NCBI GenBank assembly: GCA_964613715.1 | Contig: CAZTJK010000004.1 | Span: 3,834-67,833 of the forward strand | Reading direction: 5' to 3' | From: an uncultured Candidatus Saccharibacteria bacterium | GTDB lineage: Bacteria > Patescibacteriota > Minisyncoccia > Phycocordibacterales > GWA1-40-21 | DNA length: 64,000 nucleotides | Shown here: piece by piece, positions 27,357 through 37,573 of the stretch | Position numbering within the stretch: the stretch's first letter is position 1 | How the letters are laid out: each line of letters begins with the position of its first letter | Made by a program: the position numbers and the translations under genes | Notes under the pieces: generated by a model | The model's database searches: none | What the model was told of the DNA's origin: nothing | The model's input: the letters and a program-made list of their open reading frames with translations, nothing else

Positions 27357-28679
27357 TGCAAGCATTTTTTTCAAATGGTCTTGCAGAGCGGAAATTTTTA
27401 TTCTCTCCTGCTTACCGGTATCGCGGTCGCGGACGGTCACGCAATCATCTTTTTCGAGCGTCTCGAAGTCGACAGTCACGCAGTACGGCGTGCCGATCTC
27501 GTCCTGGCGGCGATAGCGCTTTCCGATATTGCCATTATCATCGAACATCACTGCGCCAAATTCTTTTTTCAAGGCAGCGTATACTTCGCGTGCTTTCTTC
27601 ACGAGCTCCGGCTTGTTCTTCAGAAGCGGAAAAACGGCGATCTTCACTGGCGCAAGCGCAGGCTTGAAGCGCATGAAAATGCGCTTCTCCCCGCCGAGAT
27701 CGTCTTCGGTATAGGCCTCGGCAATGACCGCAAGGATGCTGCGATCGACACCGAAGGTCGGCTCGACGCAATGCGGCGTAAATTTCTGTTTGGCCTCTTC
27801 ATCCATGTATTCGAGGCTGACGCCCGAGGCATTGGAGTGGTTCTTCAGATCAAAATCGGTGCGGTATGCGAGGCCGTAGAGCTCGTTGACGCCAAACGGG
27901 AAATCGTATTCGAAATCGATCGTGCGCTTGGAATAATGTGCGAGCTTCTCCTTTGGCACTTCGAGCTCGTGAATATGATCTTTCGAAAGGCCAAGGGTCT
28001 CCGTCATCCATTTCCACATTTCTCCTCTCCAGTATTCAAACACTTTCTCCCAGTCCTCCCCTTTTAGGAAATACTCGATCTCCATCTGCTCGAATTCGCG
28101 GGAGCGGAAGGTGAAATCGCGCGGCGCGATCTCGTTCCTGAACGCTTTGCCGATCTGCGCGAGGCCAAATGGCAGCTTCGGGTGGAACGAATCGACAACA
28201 TTCTTATAATTGACGAACATGCCCTGGGCAGTTTCCGGGCGCAGATATGAGACAGATTCATCATTCTGCACGGGACCGACATTCGTCTTGAACATCATAT
28301 TGAACTGGCGCGCTTCGCCGAGCTCGCCGCCGCATTCCGGGCATTTCTTCTGGTCTTCGAGCTGGTCGGCGCGGAAGCGCTTCTTGCATTTCTTGCATTC
28401 GACGAGCGGATCGGAAAAGGTGGCGACATGGCCGGACGCACGCCACACATTCTGATTCATGAGAATTGCCGCATCAACACCGTACATGTCTTCGCGGTCG
28501 GTCACGAACGTCTTCCACCAGAGATTCCTGATATTATTTTTCAGCGTAATACCGAGCGGACCATAGTCCCAGGTACCGGCGAGGCCGCCATAGATTTCCG
28601 ATCCCTGATAGATAAAGCCGCGGCGCTTGGCGAGCGAGATGATGTCCTCCATGCGTGCGTTTGATTCCTTTTTCGCCAT
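27354..28679 (-). CDS. glyQS: Glycine--tRNA ligase, homodimeric (alpha2) type
   Basis: EIYGG, LRPETAQG, FRNEI, REFEQME, IGKRYRRQDEIGTP. Confidence 0.97.
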   Translation of the reverse strand: MAKKESNARMEDIISLAKRRGFIYQGSEIYGGLAGTWDYGPLGITLKNNIRNLWWKTFVTDREDMYGVDAAILMNQNVWRASGHVATFSDPLVECKKCKKRFRADQLEDQKKCPECGGELGEARQFNMMFKTNVGPVQNDESVSYLRPETAQGMFVNYKNVVDSFHPKLPFGLAQIGKAFRNEIAPRDFTFRSREFEQMEIEYFLKGEDWEKVFEYWRGEMWKWMTETLGLSKDHIHELEVPKEKLAHYSKRTIDFEYDFPFGVNELYGLAYRTDFDLKNHSNASGVSLEYMDEEAKQKFTPHCVEPTFGVDRSILAVIAEAYTEDDLGGEKRIFMRFKPALAPVKIAVFPLLKNKPELVKKAREVYAALKKEFGAVMFDDNGNIGKRYRRQDEIGTPYCVTVDFETLEKDDCVTVRDRDTGKQERIKISALQDHLKKMLA

Positions 28680-28721
28680 ATTTTCGTACTGTATCCTAAA
28701 AGTAGGTCTTTTGCCAGCCAG

Positions 28722-30638
28722 TTATCTGCCGACCTTGCCGATGCCCGGGACGTATTGCGGGTCGTTCACCACATCGGTCGTGACTGCTGGGCGGTTCTCG
28801 GACAGCGTCTCGCCCGAATAGGAATCGGTGCCGGTGATCGTCGCGGCGTTAACGAGCGGCACATCGAAACCGAGTTGTGTGATCGACGGCGTAACAGACA
28901 CCTGGAATGAAACTTCTTTGGGCGGATACGTGGTGCCGGTGCCCGACTGCATGGCGCCAATAGTCCAGAGTACCTGCCGGGTAGCATCATTGTACGAGAC
29001 ATTTTCAGTTGTCGGACTCGTGAAGCCAGCCCATTTTACATTTGGCGGCAACGTCGCTGCGACGCTCACATTATTCGTGTTATTAAATGAATCGCTTGCA
29101 GTCCAGGTGACGGTGTATGTCGTTTCTTGATCGACTTTCGGCGGAAACGGCCCTGAATTCTCGAACGGGCCGATGGTGCGGAAACTGCGCGACAAGAGGC
29201 CAAGCCCCGAGGAGAGCTTCAGCGTTTTCTTGCCGCTATAAAGAAGCTCCGAGCTGTTGCCGCCGCTCGTGCGGCTGCCGGTGATCGTCGTCGTCATGGT
29301 TATCGCAGCATTGGCGAACTGCACATTGGTCGCTACCGACGGCAAAAGCGTCGCAAGGGTAAAATTCGCCGTCCCCTGATCGGAAGGAGCGAGAGTTTCA
29401 AGGTCGCCGAGGGTCGTCTTATCGAACGTGATGGTATTGTCCTTCGAGCTGTAGAAGCCGTTATCCACGCCGACCTGGGTCTTGTCGAGAATCTGCCCTG
29501 AGAGCTTTGTCACGACGCTTACATTGTAGATTTTTTCCGGCAAATTGTTCTGCCAGGTGAGGTTCGCGGTGATCTTGTCCCCGGCCGAAATCGGCACCGA
29601 GTCATCGGCGCTCTGATTGACGAGCATCGTAAGGCTCACCGATGCTTTTTGAATCGTGATGTCATCCATAGCAAGGGCAAGCGGCGTATCGATGGTGTTC
29701 TTGTCGGTCGATTTCGGCGTACCAACAGTGAATTTCAGCACCCGCTCCTCGCCATCCTGCCCATTGATCATACCCGTGATGATAATGGTGCGCTCCTGGC
29801 CTGGCGCGAGATCGCCGATCGTAAAAACGCTCTGATCGAGATTCGCCGGCTTGGTATTCGCGGATACGAAATCGAAACCAAACGGATAGTCAGCTTTCAG
29901 GATGAGATTGGTCAGGGCCGAGAGCGTATTCGATTTTATTTTTATCGTCATCTGCGTTTGCTGTCCGGCATTGACTTGGTTGTCGCCCGCTATCGTCAGC
30001 GTAACCGGAGAGGAGCTCAAGAGCACCGTATAATCCTTTTCCTTGCTGAAGACGGCGTTTGATCCGGGAATGCGGTATTCGACGGTGATCTTCACGGTTT
30101 CTTGCGTATTCTCCTGTCCGAAGAGTACCGCTTTGACCAGGCGCTCCTGGCTTTTGCCGACCGGCATGTCGCCGATGAGTAGGCTTTCGCGCGGCAAATC
30201 CTTTGATGAGGCATCGGCGGTTTTCGTGCCGCTCGGATACTCGATGCGAAGATCGACGGTATTAAGCACCGTCTGATTATTATTCGTCACCGTGATATCA
30301 AGCGGTAGCACTTCCCCGCCTGCGACCGACACCGGGCCGTTGACGGCAATGCCGATATTGTTTGCAGACACGGTATTCGACCCCGCTAAAAACGTATAGG
30401 CTGCAAAAGCGACGGCAAGGGCGAAAAAGACGAACGCGCCAAAGAGTATCTGGGGATAGGTCAGGCGGAAGCGGGATTCGGCTTTTACATCGTCCTGCCA
30501 AGCGGCTGGCGCTTCCGTACGCATATCGGCAGGAGAAATACCGTGGCGCTTCTTGGCGAAAATGCCGTCAGTATTCCTCGAGTAGAGGACGTCTTTGACG
30601 CTGTCGATCTTGCTTTTTTTCTCTTCGCCCTCGAACAT
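28722..30638 (-). CDS. Single-TM protein with large extracellular multi-Ig-like region
   Basis: One TM near residue 65; beta-rich repeats; GPFPPKVDQETTYTVTW. Confidence 0.75.
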   Translation of the reverse strand: MFEGEEKKSKIDSVKDVLYSRNTDGIFAKKRHGISPADMRTEAPAAWQDDVKAESRFRLTYPQILFGAFVFFALAVAFAAYTFLAGSNTVSANNIGIAVNGPVSVAGGEVLPLDITVTNNNQTVLNTVDLRIEYPSGTKTADASSKDLPRESLLIGDMPVGKSQERLVKAVLFGQENTQETVKITVEYRIPGSNAVFSKEKDYTVLLSSSPVTLTIAGDNQVNAGQQTQMTIKIKSNTLSALTNLILKADYPFGFDFVSANTKPANLDQSVFTIGDLAPGQERTIIITGMINGQDGEERVLKFTVGTPKSTDKNTIDTPLALAMDDITIQKASVSLTMLVNQSADDSVPISAGDKITANLTWQNNLPEKIYNVSVVTKLSGQILDKTQVGVDNGFYSSKDNTITFDKTTLGDLETLAPSDQGTANFTLATLLPSVATNVQFANAAITMTTTITGSRTSGGNSSELLYSGKKTLKLSSGLGLLSRSFRTIGPFENSGPFPPKVDQETTYTVTWTASDSFNNTNNVSVAATLPPNVKWAGFTSPTTENVSYNDATRQVLWTIGAMQSGTGTTYPPKEVSFQVSVTPSITQLGFDVPLVNAATITGTDSYSGETLSENRPAVTTDVVNDPQYVPGIGKVGR

Positions 30639-30666
30639 ATTCGAAGCCAATTATACCATGAAAATC

Positions 30667-31251
30667 CTACAGGCTGGTCTCTTTCAGCGCATCGTTGATG
30701 TCGCGGATCGCAGCGGAGCGAAGAGGCAGGAATGCGGCAAGCGAAGCATCCGAGATAGCAGTATCCCCGCTGAATGGCAGATATGCTGCGGAAGACTTGA
30801 AATAGCCGAGCACTGATAGGATGCGCAGGACCGTGAGGGTCTCCAGGCTTTTGAGCTCATCGCCATGAAGGTCATGCTGCGAAAGAAATGCGGCAAAATC
30901 GACAATACAGGAAAAAAGAGCTTCGTTCTTTTCTTCGCCATGCACAAGCCGCAAAAGAAGCGACAGGATATTCTGCATGACAGCGCGCTTGTCCGGCAAA
31001 GCAAGAAGATCGAACTGGGACCGGGCCTCAGCGCTCGTAATGCGCCAAAACTCCTTCCCTTTCACTACTGATAGAGAAATGAGCGAGAGCTCTTCGAGAT
31101 GGCCTTTGAGCTTCGATTTGCCGAGGCGGACACCCTGTGCGATAGCTCGGATAAATCCGAGGTCTTTGGTCAATAAAAAATACATGCGATTCGCCTCGCC
31201 CCGCGGGAGGCTTTTGACGATGATCGCGTCTGTCGTATAGATATGGTGCAC
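30667..31251 (-). CDS. recO: DNA repair protein RecO (short form)
   Basis: GEANRMYFLLTKDLGFIRAIAQGVR..KSKL OB-fold N-domain. Confidence 0.85.
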   Translation of the reverse strand: MHHIYTTDAIIVKSLPRGEANRMYFLLTKDLGFIRAIAQGVRLGKSKLKGHLEELSLISLSVVKGKEFWRITSAEARSQFDLLALPDKRAVMQNILSLLLRLVHGEEKNEALFSCIVDFAAFLSQHDLHGDELKSLETLTVLRILSVLGYFKSSAAYLPFSGDTAISDASLAAFLPLRSAAIRDINDALKETSL

Positions 31252-31258
31252 GGAACGC

Positions 31259-31759
31259 TTAGCTTGCTTTTGCGAGTACCGGCTCAGCTTCAGCGAGATT
31301 CGCAGCGAGCGTCGTCATTTCTTTTGCAAGGTCGATCTGATCCTGATACGCCTCCTTCAGAGCAGCAGCATTTGCAAACGGTTCTATGCCAAGGACCGTC
31401 TTCGCACGGAATGCTTTGATGCCATCTTCAAGCTCGAGTACTTTCGCCCGAAGGTCTTCTATGCCGGCAAGGGCGGATTTTTTCTGCTTCTTCTGCTCCT
31501 CGCACAGCTTCAATATTTCAGAGATATGCGGCACGAGGCTTGAGAATTTGATCTTATTCGTCACGTCGGCATCGGTAAATTGATCGATGAGCTTCACGCC
31601 AAGATCGAGGCGGCCTGCAATCGCACCCGCAGCGCGTACCGCATCCTGCTTCTCAATGCGGGCTCGATTCTTCTGGATCTCCGCCTGCTTTTCCTGATTG
31701 ATCCAGCCCTGCTCGATATGCAGATTCTCCTCGCCGCCAAATTGTTCGAATGATGTCAT
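31259..31759 (-). CDS. Hypothetical helical/coiled-coil protein
   Basis: 166 aa ORF, TGcTATACT 6 nt upstream of the ATG. Confidence 0.65.
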   Translation of the reverse strand: MTSFEQFGGEENLHIEQGWINQEKQAEIQKNRARIEKQDAVRAAGAIAGRLDLGVKLIDQFTDADVTNKIKFSSLVPHISEILKLCEEQKKQKKSALAGIEDLRAKVLELEDGIKAFRAKTVLGIEPFANAAALKEAYQDQIDLAKEMTTLAANLAEAEPVLAKAS

Positions 31760-31774
31760 GTGCCTAGTATAGCA

Positions 31775-34700
31775 TTATTTGAGCGCAAGCTTGAATGACA
31801 TACCGTCGGCATCAAGCGTCTCTCCCCCGGATACAGCCTCAAATGAGACTTTTTTCAGGCTCGTTGCCTTCATGATCTCGGCTTCAAAAGCTGCTATAAG
31901 CGCCTTGCCTGCTTTATCCGTTTCCACGGAAAGCATTGCCGGATCGCCCGGATTGAGTTTCGCTGCTTTACGGAGCTCCTGGACAGCGCGCATGATCTCG
32001 CGCACGATTCCCTCTTCTTTCAGTTCTTTCGTAAGCGTTGTGTCGAGCTCGAGGTCAGTTGCAAGCGACACATCAAAGCTAATTGCTTTGACATTGAGCT
32101 CATCTTTCACAAGATCGAAATATGCCGGGCTATCTTTGAGCAGAGCCGATTTGATGCGGACAGATGCAAGCGGCTGGCGCACTTTGATGCCTGATTTTGC
32201 GCGCGCCTCGAGGCCGAGAGAAACGATTCGGCGGGTTTCATGCATAAGCTCGAGCGTTTGCACTTCTCTCTCCGAAAGCGTGCCGACAAACTGCTCCGGC
32301 CAGCTTTCCAGATGTACGCTTTCCTTTTGCATGCCGCCCGTAATCTTTAGATAAAGGTCTTCCGCAAGAAACGGCAGAGACGGCGCGATGAGCTTGGCGA
32401 ATTCCATGAGCACGGCTTTCGTGGTGAGCATGGCAGCATTACGATCATTCGCATCGTCCGACTTGAAGCGGTCGCGCGAACGACGCAAATACCAGGTTGA
32501 AAGATCGTCGACGAAATCCGCAACTGGCCGCGTGGCGCGATCGAGCTCGTATGCATCAGTTGCACGGGTCATCTCGCTTGCGGTTTCCTTGAGGCGCGCG
32601 ACAATCCAACGATCGAGAATATTGTCAGACACACTCGTGTTCATATCTGCATCGAATCCGCCATACATCTCGAAAAAGGAATAGACATTCTGGACGCGCA
32701 TGATGATTTTCTTCCCGACATCATCGACGCCCTTGTTGGCGAATTTCAAATCCTCGGCTTTCACCACGGGCGATGACAAAAGGTAATAGCGCAGCGCATC
32801 AGCACTGTATTCTGACACGAGCTCGAGCGGATCGGAATAATTATGCAAATGCTTCGACATTTTCTGGCCGTCTTCGGCAAGGACAATGCCATTTACCACG
32901 ACGTTCTTGTAGGATGATTCCCCGAACAGCGCGACGGAGAGAATGAGCATCGTGTAGAACCAGCCGCGCGTCTGATCGAGGCCTTCGGCGATGAAATCGG
33001 CCGGAAAGCGCTTGTGGGCCTTCGGATCGAAGAGTTTGCCGTTCTCAAACGGATAATGCATCTCGCCATACGGCATCGAGCCCGATTCAAACCAGCAGTC
33101 GAAAACTTCCGACACGCGTTTCATCCGCCCGCCGCACGCGCAGGGCAAGACCACTTCGTCGATGAAGGGACGATGCATGTCGAGCTCGTAATTGCGATTG
33201 TGCGGAATCGGTGCAAATGGCAATTCACGTATCTCGGAATTCCCGATGAAATCGATCTGGGTGCGCGTCTTCACAAGCTCGGTCGGATGCATGCCTGCCG
33301 CGCCGCCGAAAAGAAGCCATATCGGCGTATTATGCGAGACGATGAGCACTGTCTTGCCAACATGCTTGGCATCGATATCGTACAGAAACTCAGTAATGCG
33401 ATTCTTCACCTGCGTGTAATTCTCGCCGCCTTCCGGTGTCTTCGAGAATTTTTCAAAGCGGGAGCCAAAAAATGCCTGATATTCTGCATCCGGTCTGCCG
33501 TCGAGCACTCCCACATATATTTCGTGCAGACGCTCGTCGAAAACGATCTTGTCTTTCGGATAGCCGATGGTCTCAGCGATGATTTCGGCAGTCTCGCGCG
33601 TGCGCATGAATGGAGACGCATAGATGATATCTACCTTTTCCGTTGCAAGTTTCTTCCCTGCCTCCGCTGCCTGATGCCGGCCATTTTGTGTCAGATGATT
33701 GACTGTTTTCGGATTGGAGCTCAAGGTCCGCGTCAGATTGCTTTCCGCTTCGCCATGGCGTGCGACCAGGAAGCGATTGCCCTTGTTCGTCTTCGCTTTG
33801 ATATCAGCAACTGAACCGATAAAATGGGTTTCCTTGCATTTCTCGCAGCGCCAGACTGGCAGCGGCGCGCCCCAGAAGCGCGATCGGGAAATCGCCCAGT
33901 CGCGCGCGCCCTCGAGCCATTTGCCGAAGCGGCCCTCGCCTACCTCGTGCGGTACCCAGGAAATATGCTTGTTCGCCTCGATGAGCTTGTCCTTGAATTT
34001 CGTCACTTCCACGAACCAGGAGCTCGTCGCATAATTCAAAAGCGGCGTATCGCAGCGATAGCAATGCGGATATGAGTGGGTGAATTTCTCTTTAGCGAAC
34101 AGCTTCCCCTTGCCCGCAAGGAATTTGATGACTTCGATATCGGCAAGCTGCGAATTCTCGATCGGCTTCACTTTCTGTCCGGCGAATTCTTTCACCTCCG
34201 GCTTGAAACGGCCGTCCATGCCGACATGCTGGATGAAGGGCAATTTGTTCGTATTACCGAGATTGAGGTCATCCTCACCGAATGCCGGCGCGATATGCAC
34301 AATGCCGGTGCCGTCTTCGGTAGTGACGAATGCTGCACCATATACTTTCCAGCCATTCTCGCGATTTTTCAGATCCGGCTTGTCATAATAATCGAAAAGC
34401 GGCGTGTATGGCATGCCGACAAGCGCAGAGCCTGGAATTTTCTCGAGCAATTCGTATGTTTCTTTGATGACCGGCAAACGCGGCTCGGCAAGGATGAATT
34501 TTTCCGCGCCGATCTGGATCTTCGCATAATCGATATCGGGATTCACCGCGAGCGCGACATTGCCCGGCAAGGTCCATGGCGTCGTCGTCCAGGCCAGGAA
34601 AAATGTTCCCGGTTCGTCTTTCGATTCGAATTTCGCAATGACTGAAATATCGGTAATGTCCTTGTAGCCTTGGCTCACCTCGAAATTCGAGAGTGTCGTG

Positions 34701-35278
34701 CCGCAATGCGGGCACAGATGCATGGATTTGAAACCTTCATAGACGAGGCCTTTGTCGTGAAGCTGTTTGAATACCCACCAGACGCTTTCGGTGAATGATG
34801 GATTGATCGTGCGGTAGTCGTTTTCCATATCGACGAAGCGGCCCATGCGCGGGATGATCTTCTTCCAGTCCTCGACATAGGTAAAGACTTTGCTTTTCGC
34901 GATGTCATTGAATTTCTCGAGGCCGAATTCCTCGATATCCTTTTTCGACTTCAGACCGATCTCCTTTTCGACGATATTCTCGATCGGCAAGCCGTGGCAG
35001 TCCCAGCCCCAGCGGCGCGGCACATGGTAGCCGCGCATAGTCTGATAGCGGCCGACATAATCCTTGATTGTGCCGGCAAGCAAATTGCCATAATGTGGCA
35101 AGCCGGTCGCAAACGGCGGACCGTCGTAAAAGACGAATTCCCCTCGTGGAGATTCCTTCGCGAGCGTTTTTGCGAAGATATTCTTTTCCTGCCAAAAGGC
35201 GAGTATTTCCTCTTCCCGTTCGGCAATTTTACTCTTGGCGACCGGCGCTTTCGGTTTTTCGTCTTTATTTTGAGCCAT
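31775..35278 (-). CDS. ileS: Isoleucine--tRNA ligase (type 2) with inserted histidine-phosphatase domain
   Basis: DGPPFATGLPHYGN, GWDCHGLP, WTTTPWT, DWAISRSRFWG, EGLDQTRGWF, KMSKH; RHG insert. Confidence 0.96.
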   Translation of the reverse strand: MAQNKDEKPKAPVAKSKIAEREEEILAFWQEKNIFAKTLAKESPRGEFVFYDGPPFATGLPHYGNLLAGTIKDYVGRYQTMRGYHVPRRWGWDCHGLPIENIVEKEIGLKSKKDIEEFGLEKFNDIAKSKVFTYVEDWKKIIPRMGRFVDMENDYRTINPSFTESVWWVFKQLHDKGLVYEGFKSMHLCPHCGTTLSNFEVSQGYKDITDISVIAKFESKDEPGTFFLAWTTTPWTLPGNVALAVNPDIDYAKIQIGAEKFILAEPRLPVIKETYELLEKIPGSALVGMPYTPLFDYYDKPDLKNRENGWKVYGAAFVTTEDGTGIVHIAPAFGEDDLNLGNTNKLPFIQHVGMDGRFKPEVKEFAGQKVKPIENSQLADIEVIKFLAGKGKLFAKEKFTHSYPHCYRCDTPLLNYATSSWFVEVTKFKDKLIEANKHISWVPHEVGEGRFGKWLEGARDWAISRSRFWGAPLPVWRCEKCKETHFIGSVADIKAKTNKGNRFLVARHGEAESNLTRTLSSNPKTVNHLTQNGRHQAAEAGKKLATEKVDIIYASPFMRTRETAEIIAETIGYPKDKIVFDERLHEIYVGVLDGRPDAEYQAFFGSRFEKFSKTPEGGENYTQVKNRITEFLYDIDAKHVGKTVLIVSHNTPIWLLFGGAAGMHPTELVKTRTQIDFIGNSEIRELPFAPIPHNRNYELDMHRPFIDEVVLPCACGGRMKRVSEVFDCWFESGSMPYGEMHYPFENGKLFDPKAHKRFPADFIAEGLDQTRGWFYTMLILSVALFGESSYKNVVVNGIVLAEDGQKMSKHLHNYSDPLELVSEYSADALRYYLLSSPVVKAEDLKFANKGVDDVGKKIIMRVQNVYSFFEMYGGFDADMNTSVSDNILDRWIVARLKETASEMTRATDAYELDRATRPVADFVDDLSTWYLRRSRDRFKSDDANDRNAAMLTTKAVLMEFAKLIAPSLPFLAEDLYLKITGGMQKESVHLESWPEQFVGTLSEREVQTLELMHETRRIVSLGLEARAKSGIKVRQPLASVRIKSALLKDSPAYFDLVKDELNVKAISFDVSLATDLELDTTLTKELKEEGIVREIMRAVQELRKAAKLNPGDPAMLSVETDKAGKALIAAFEAEIMKATSLKKVSFEAVSGGETLDADGMSFKLALK

Positions 35279-35349
35279 AGTTCAGATAGAAATCCATTGT
35301 AGCAGCTTTTTGCCAAAGAAAAAGGGCGGTCATTTTGTACCACCCTTCT

Positions 35350-35655
35350 TTATTCTGTCCAACTCAAATCAAAAAGTTCCCTGACTGCTTTCTTAATTTT
35401 ATGAACCTCTCCATTCTTAAGAATATTGTACAATGCGGAAATTCTTAGCATCGCATGCTCTATCCAAGCTAACCGACTCATATTAGAGACTGTTAATTCA
35501 GCTATCTGCTTTTTCAAATCAGCAATCTCTTTAAATGGTCCCTCAGCAAGCTTGTGTGGAAGATCGATATCACACTGTACACCCCCGCATGTCACACCAT
35601 TCTTTGAATCTATCATTGATGGTGTTTTGCATACAAAACAATGGCCTAATCGCAT
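35350..35655 (-). CDS. AT-rich orphan protein with four Cys and a coiled coil
   Basis: CFVC..CGGVQC; SD GAGGAGGT; low GC. Confidence 0.65.
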   Translation of the reverse strand: MRLGHCFVCKTPSMIDSKNGVTCGGVQCDIDLPHKLAEGPFKEIADLKKQIAELTVSNMSRLAWIEHAMLRISALYNILKNGEVHKIKKAVRELFDLSWTE

Positions 35656-35703
35656 GAAAACACCTCCTCAAAAAATAGAGAGACAATTTCTACAAAAAAC
35701 ATA

Positions 35704-37500
35704 TCACATCCGCTCTGGCGCAGCAATGCCGAGCAGATTCAAGCCGTTTTTAAGCACGATTGAAAACGCATCGGTGAGCGCCACCTTGTATGGCGAGGTC
35801 AGGTCTGCATCATCCACGATCTTGTTCTTCGCATAAAAGCTATTGAACGAGGACGCGAGCTCGATGAGATAGAACGTAATATAGTGCGGCGAATACTCTG
35901 CGCCAGCGCGCGCGACGACTTCCGGAAATCGATAGAGCATTTTCTCAAGCTCGCTGACTTCTCCCGTCCCCTTTTTCGGGCTCGGCTTTACCTTGGCGCT
36001 TTTGGCCTTGCGGATGATCGACCGCGCACGCGCATATGAATACTGCAGATAAGGCCCGGAATCTCCCTCGAATGAGAGCGATTTTTCGAAATCGAAAATG
36101 ATGTCCTTGCCGGTCACTTGGCGAAGGATTGCATACTTGAGCGCGCCAACTGCCACCTGTTCTATCACTATCTGCCGCTCTTTCTCGCTCATCTCGCGAT
36201 CCGTCATCTTTGCGGCGACTTTTTCCTTCACGTCTGAAAGCAATGACATGAACGTAATCACGTCTCCGGTACGCGAGGACATTTTGCCGCTCGGCAAGCG
36301 CAGCATGCCATGGGAGACATGCGAGGTCTTTGCAGCAAGATCCGGAAATACGAGACTCATCGCTTTCAGGAGCACTTTAAAATACTCATTGATCTCATTG
36401 CCCGTCACGATAATAGACTTGTCGTATTTCGTCTTGTCGTATTTTATCTTTGAAAGGCCGAGCTCTTTCGCTTCATAGGTCGGCAAGCCCTCGTTGTTTA
36501 TGAACACGCGCGTATGTAGGCCGTATTTCTCCCCGGGGAAAATGATCGAGCCCTTCTCGCCTTTCTCGAATACCGGGCCGATATTCTTTTCCACAATTTC
36601 CTTGCCGAACGGCCCTGTCTTGCTCTCGAAGAAATAGACAGCGAATTTCGTGCCGAGAATTTTGTAGATGGATTCGAAATAATCTAGAGAGATCTTCCGG
36701 CCCCAGTCATAAAGCTTGTTTATCGCCTTGTCTGATCGGTCATAAATTATCTTGTTCAGTTCGGCAAGTCCTGCCTTATACTTCTCCTGGCCAAATTCTG
36801 GTTCCTGAGCACCGGTAGCATATGCTTTTCCTAAAAATACCGCCTTCGCTTCGAGTGATTCCTTTTCGGGAAGCATGATCCCTTTATCAAGCGCAAGGAG
36901 CCTCATGCCATATATTGCCTTCGCTACATGCAACCCCACATCGCCCTGATAACAGGCGCGCTTCACCTTCGCACCATTCGCTTCCACGATGCGCGAGATG
37001 GACTCGCCGATCGAGTTCGACATGAGATGGCCGATATGGAATTCCTTGAATGGATTCGGATCAGTGTACTCGACGACCGTCTTCGCACCTTTCAAATCTT
37101 TGCTGGTTCCGAATTTATTTCCAGCTTTTATAATATCTGCTGTCGCGCTCGCAAAAAACTGTGGCGACAGGGTGAAATTGATGAAGCCCGGACCGGCAAC
37201 CTCTACCTTCTCTACTTCCTTCGGCTTGCTCTTGAGGATTTCTGCGACGATTTTTTCTGCAAAAGCACGAGGATTATGAAAATTTTTTGTTTCATTTACT
37301 GGCCTATATGTAGTCCAGACACCATGTTTTTCATTATGAATAACCTTCGAGGTCGGTCCGAAATATTTTAATGCAATAGTTGTTGTGTAATCGCCATGAG
37401 AAAGCTCGGCTGGATGCTCGAGCACGATTGCCCCATCTGCCGGCAGGCCGAGGCTTTTCAGACTATTCTGTATGGCTTTTTCCAATGCAGAGCGAATCAT
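35704..37500 (-). CDS. argS: Arginine--tRNA ligase
   Basis: VAGPGFINF, PNPFKEFHIGH, KMSSRTG, EGDSGPYLQY, DALR domain, PERM end. Confidence 0.97.
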   Translation of the reverse strand: MIRSALEKAIQNSLKSLGLPADGAIVLEHPAELSHGDYTTTIALKYFGPTSKVIHNEKHGVWTTYRPVNETKNFHNPRAFAEKIVAEILKSKPKEVEKVEVAGPGFINFTLSPQFFASATADIIKAGNKFGTSKDLKGAKTVVEYTDPNPFKEFHIGHLMSNSIGESISRIVEANGAKVKRACYQGDVGLHVAKAIYGMRLLALDKGIMLPEKESLEAKAVFLGKAYATGAQEPEFGQEKYKAGLAELNKIIYDRSDKAINKLYDWGRKISLDYFESIYKILGTKFAVYFFESKTGPFGKEIVEKNIGPVFEKGEKGSIIFPGEKYGLHTRVFINNEGLPTYEAKELGLSKIKYDKTKYDKSIIVTGNEINEYFKVLLKAMSLVFPDLAAKTSHVSHGMLRLPSGKMSSRTGDVITFMSLLSDVKEKVAAKMTDREMSEKERQIVIEQVAVGALKYAILRQVTGKDIIFDFEKSLSFEGDSGPYLQYSYARARSIIRKAKSAKVKPSPKKGTGEVSELEKMLYRFPEVVARAGAEYSPHYITFYLIELASSFNSFYAKNKIVDDADLTSPYKVALTDAFSIVLKNGLNLLGIAAPERM

Positions 37501-37573
37501 ATTCTGAAAGCTTATCACAGAACGAGAGAGGAAAAAATGCTATACTACGAGCATTAACAATCATATTCGTACT

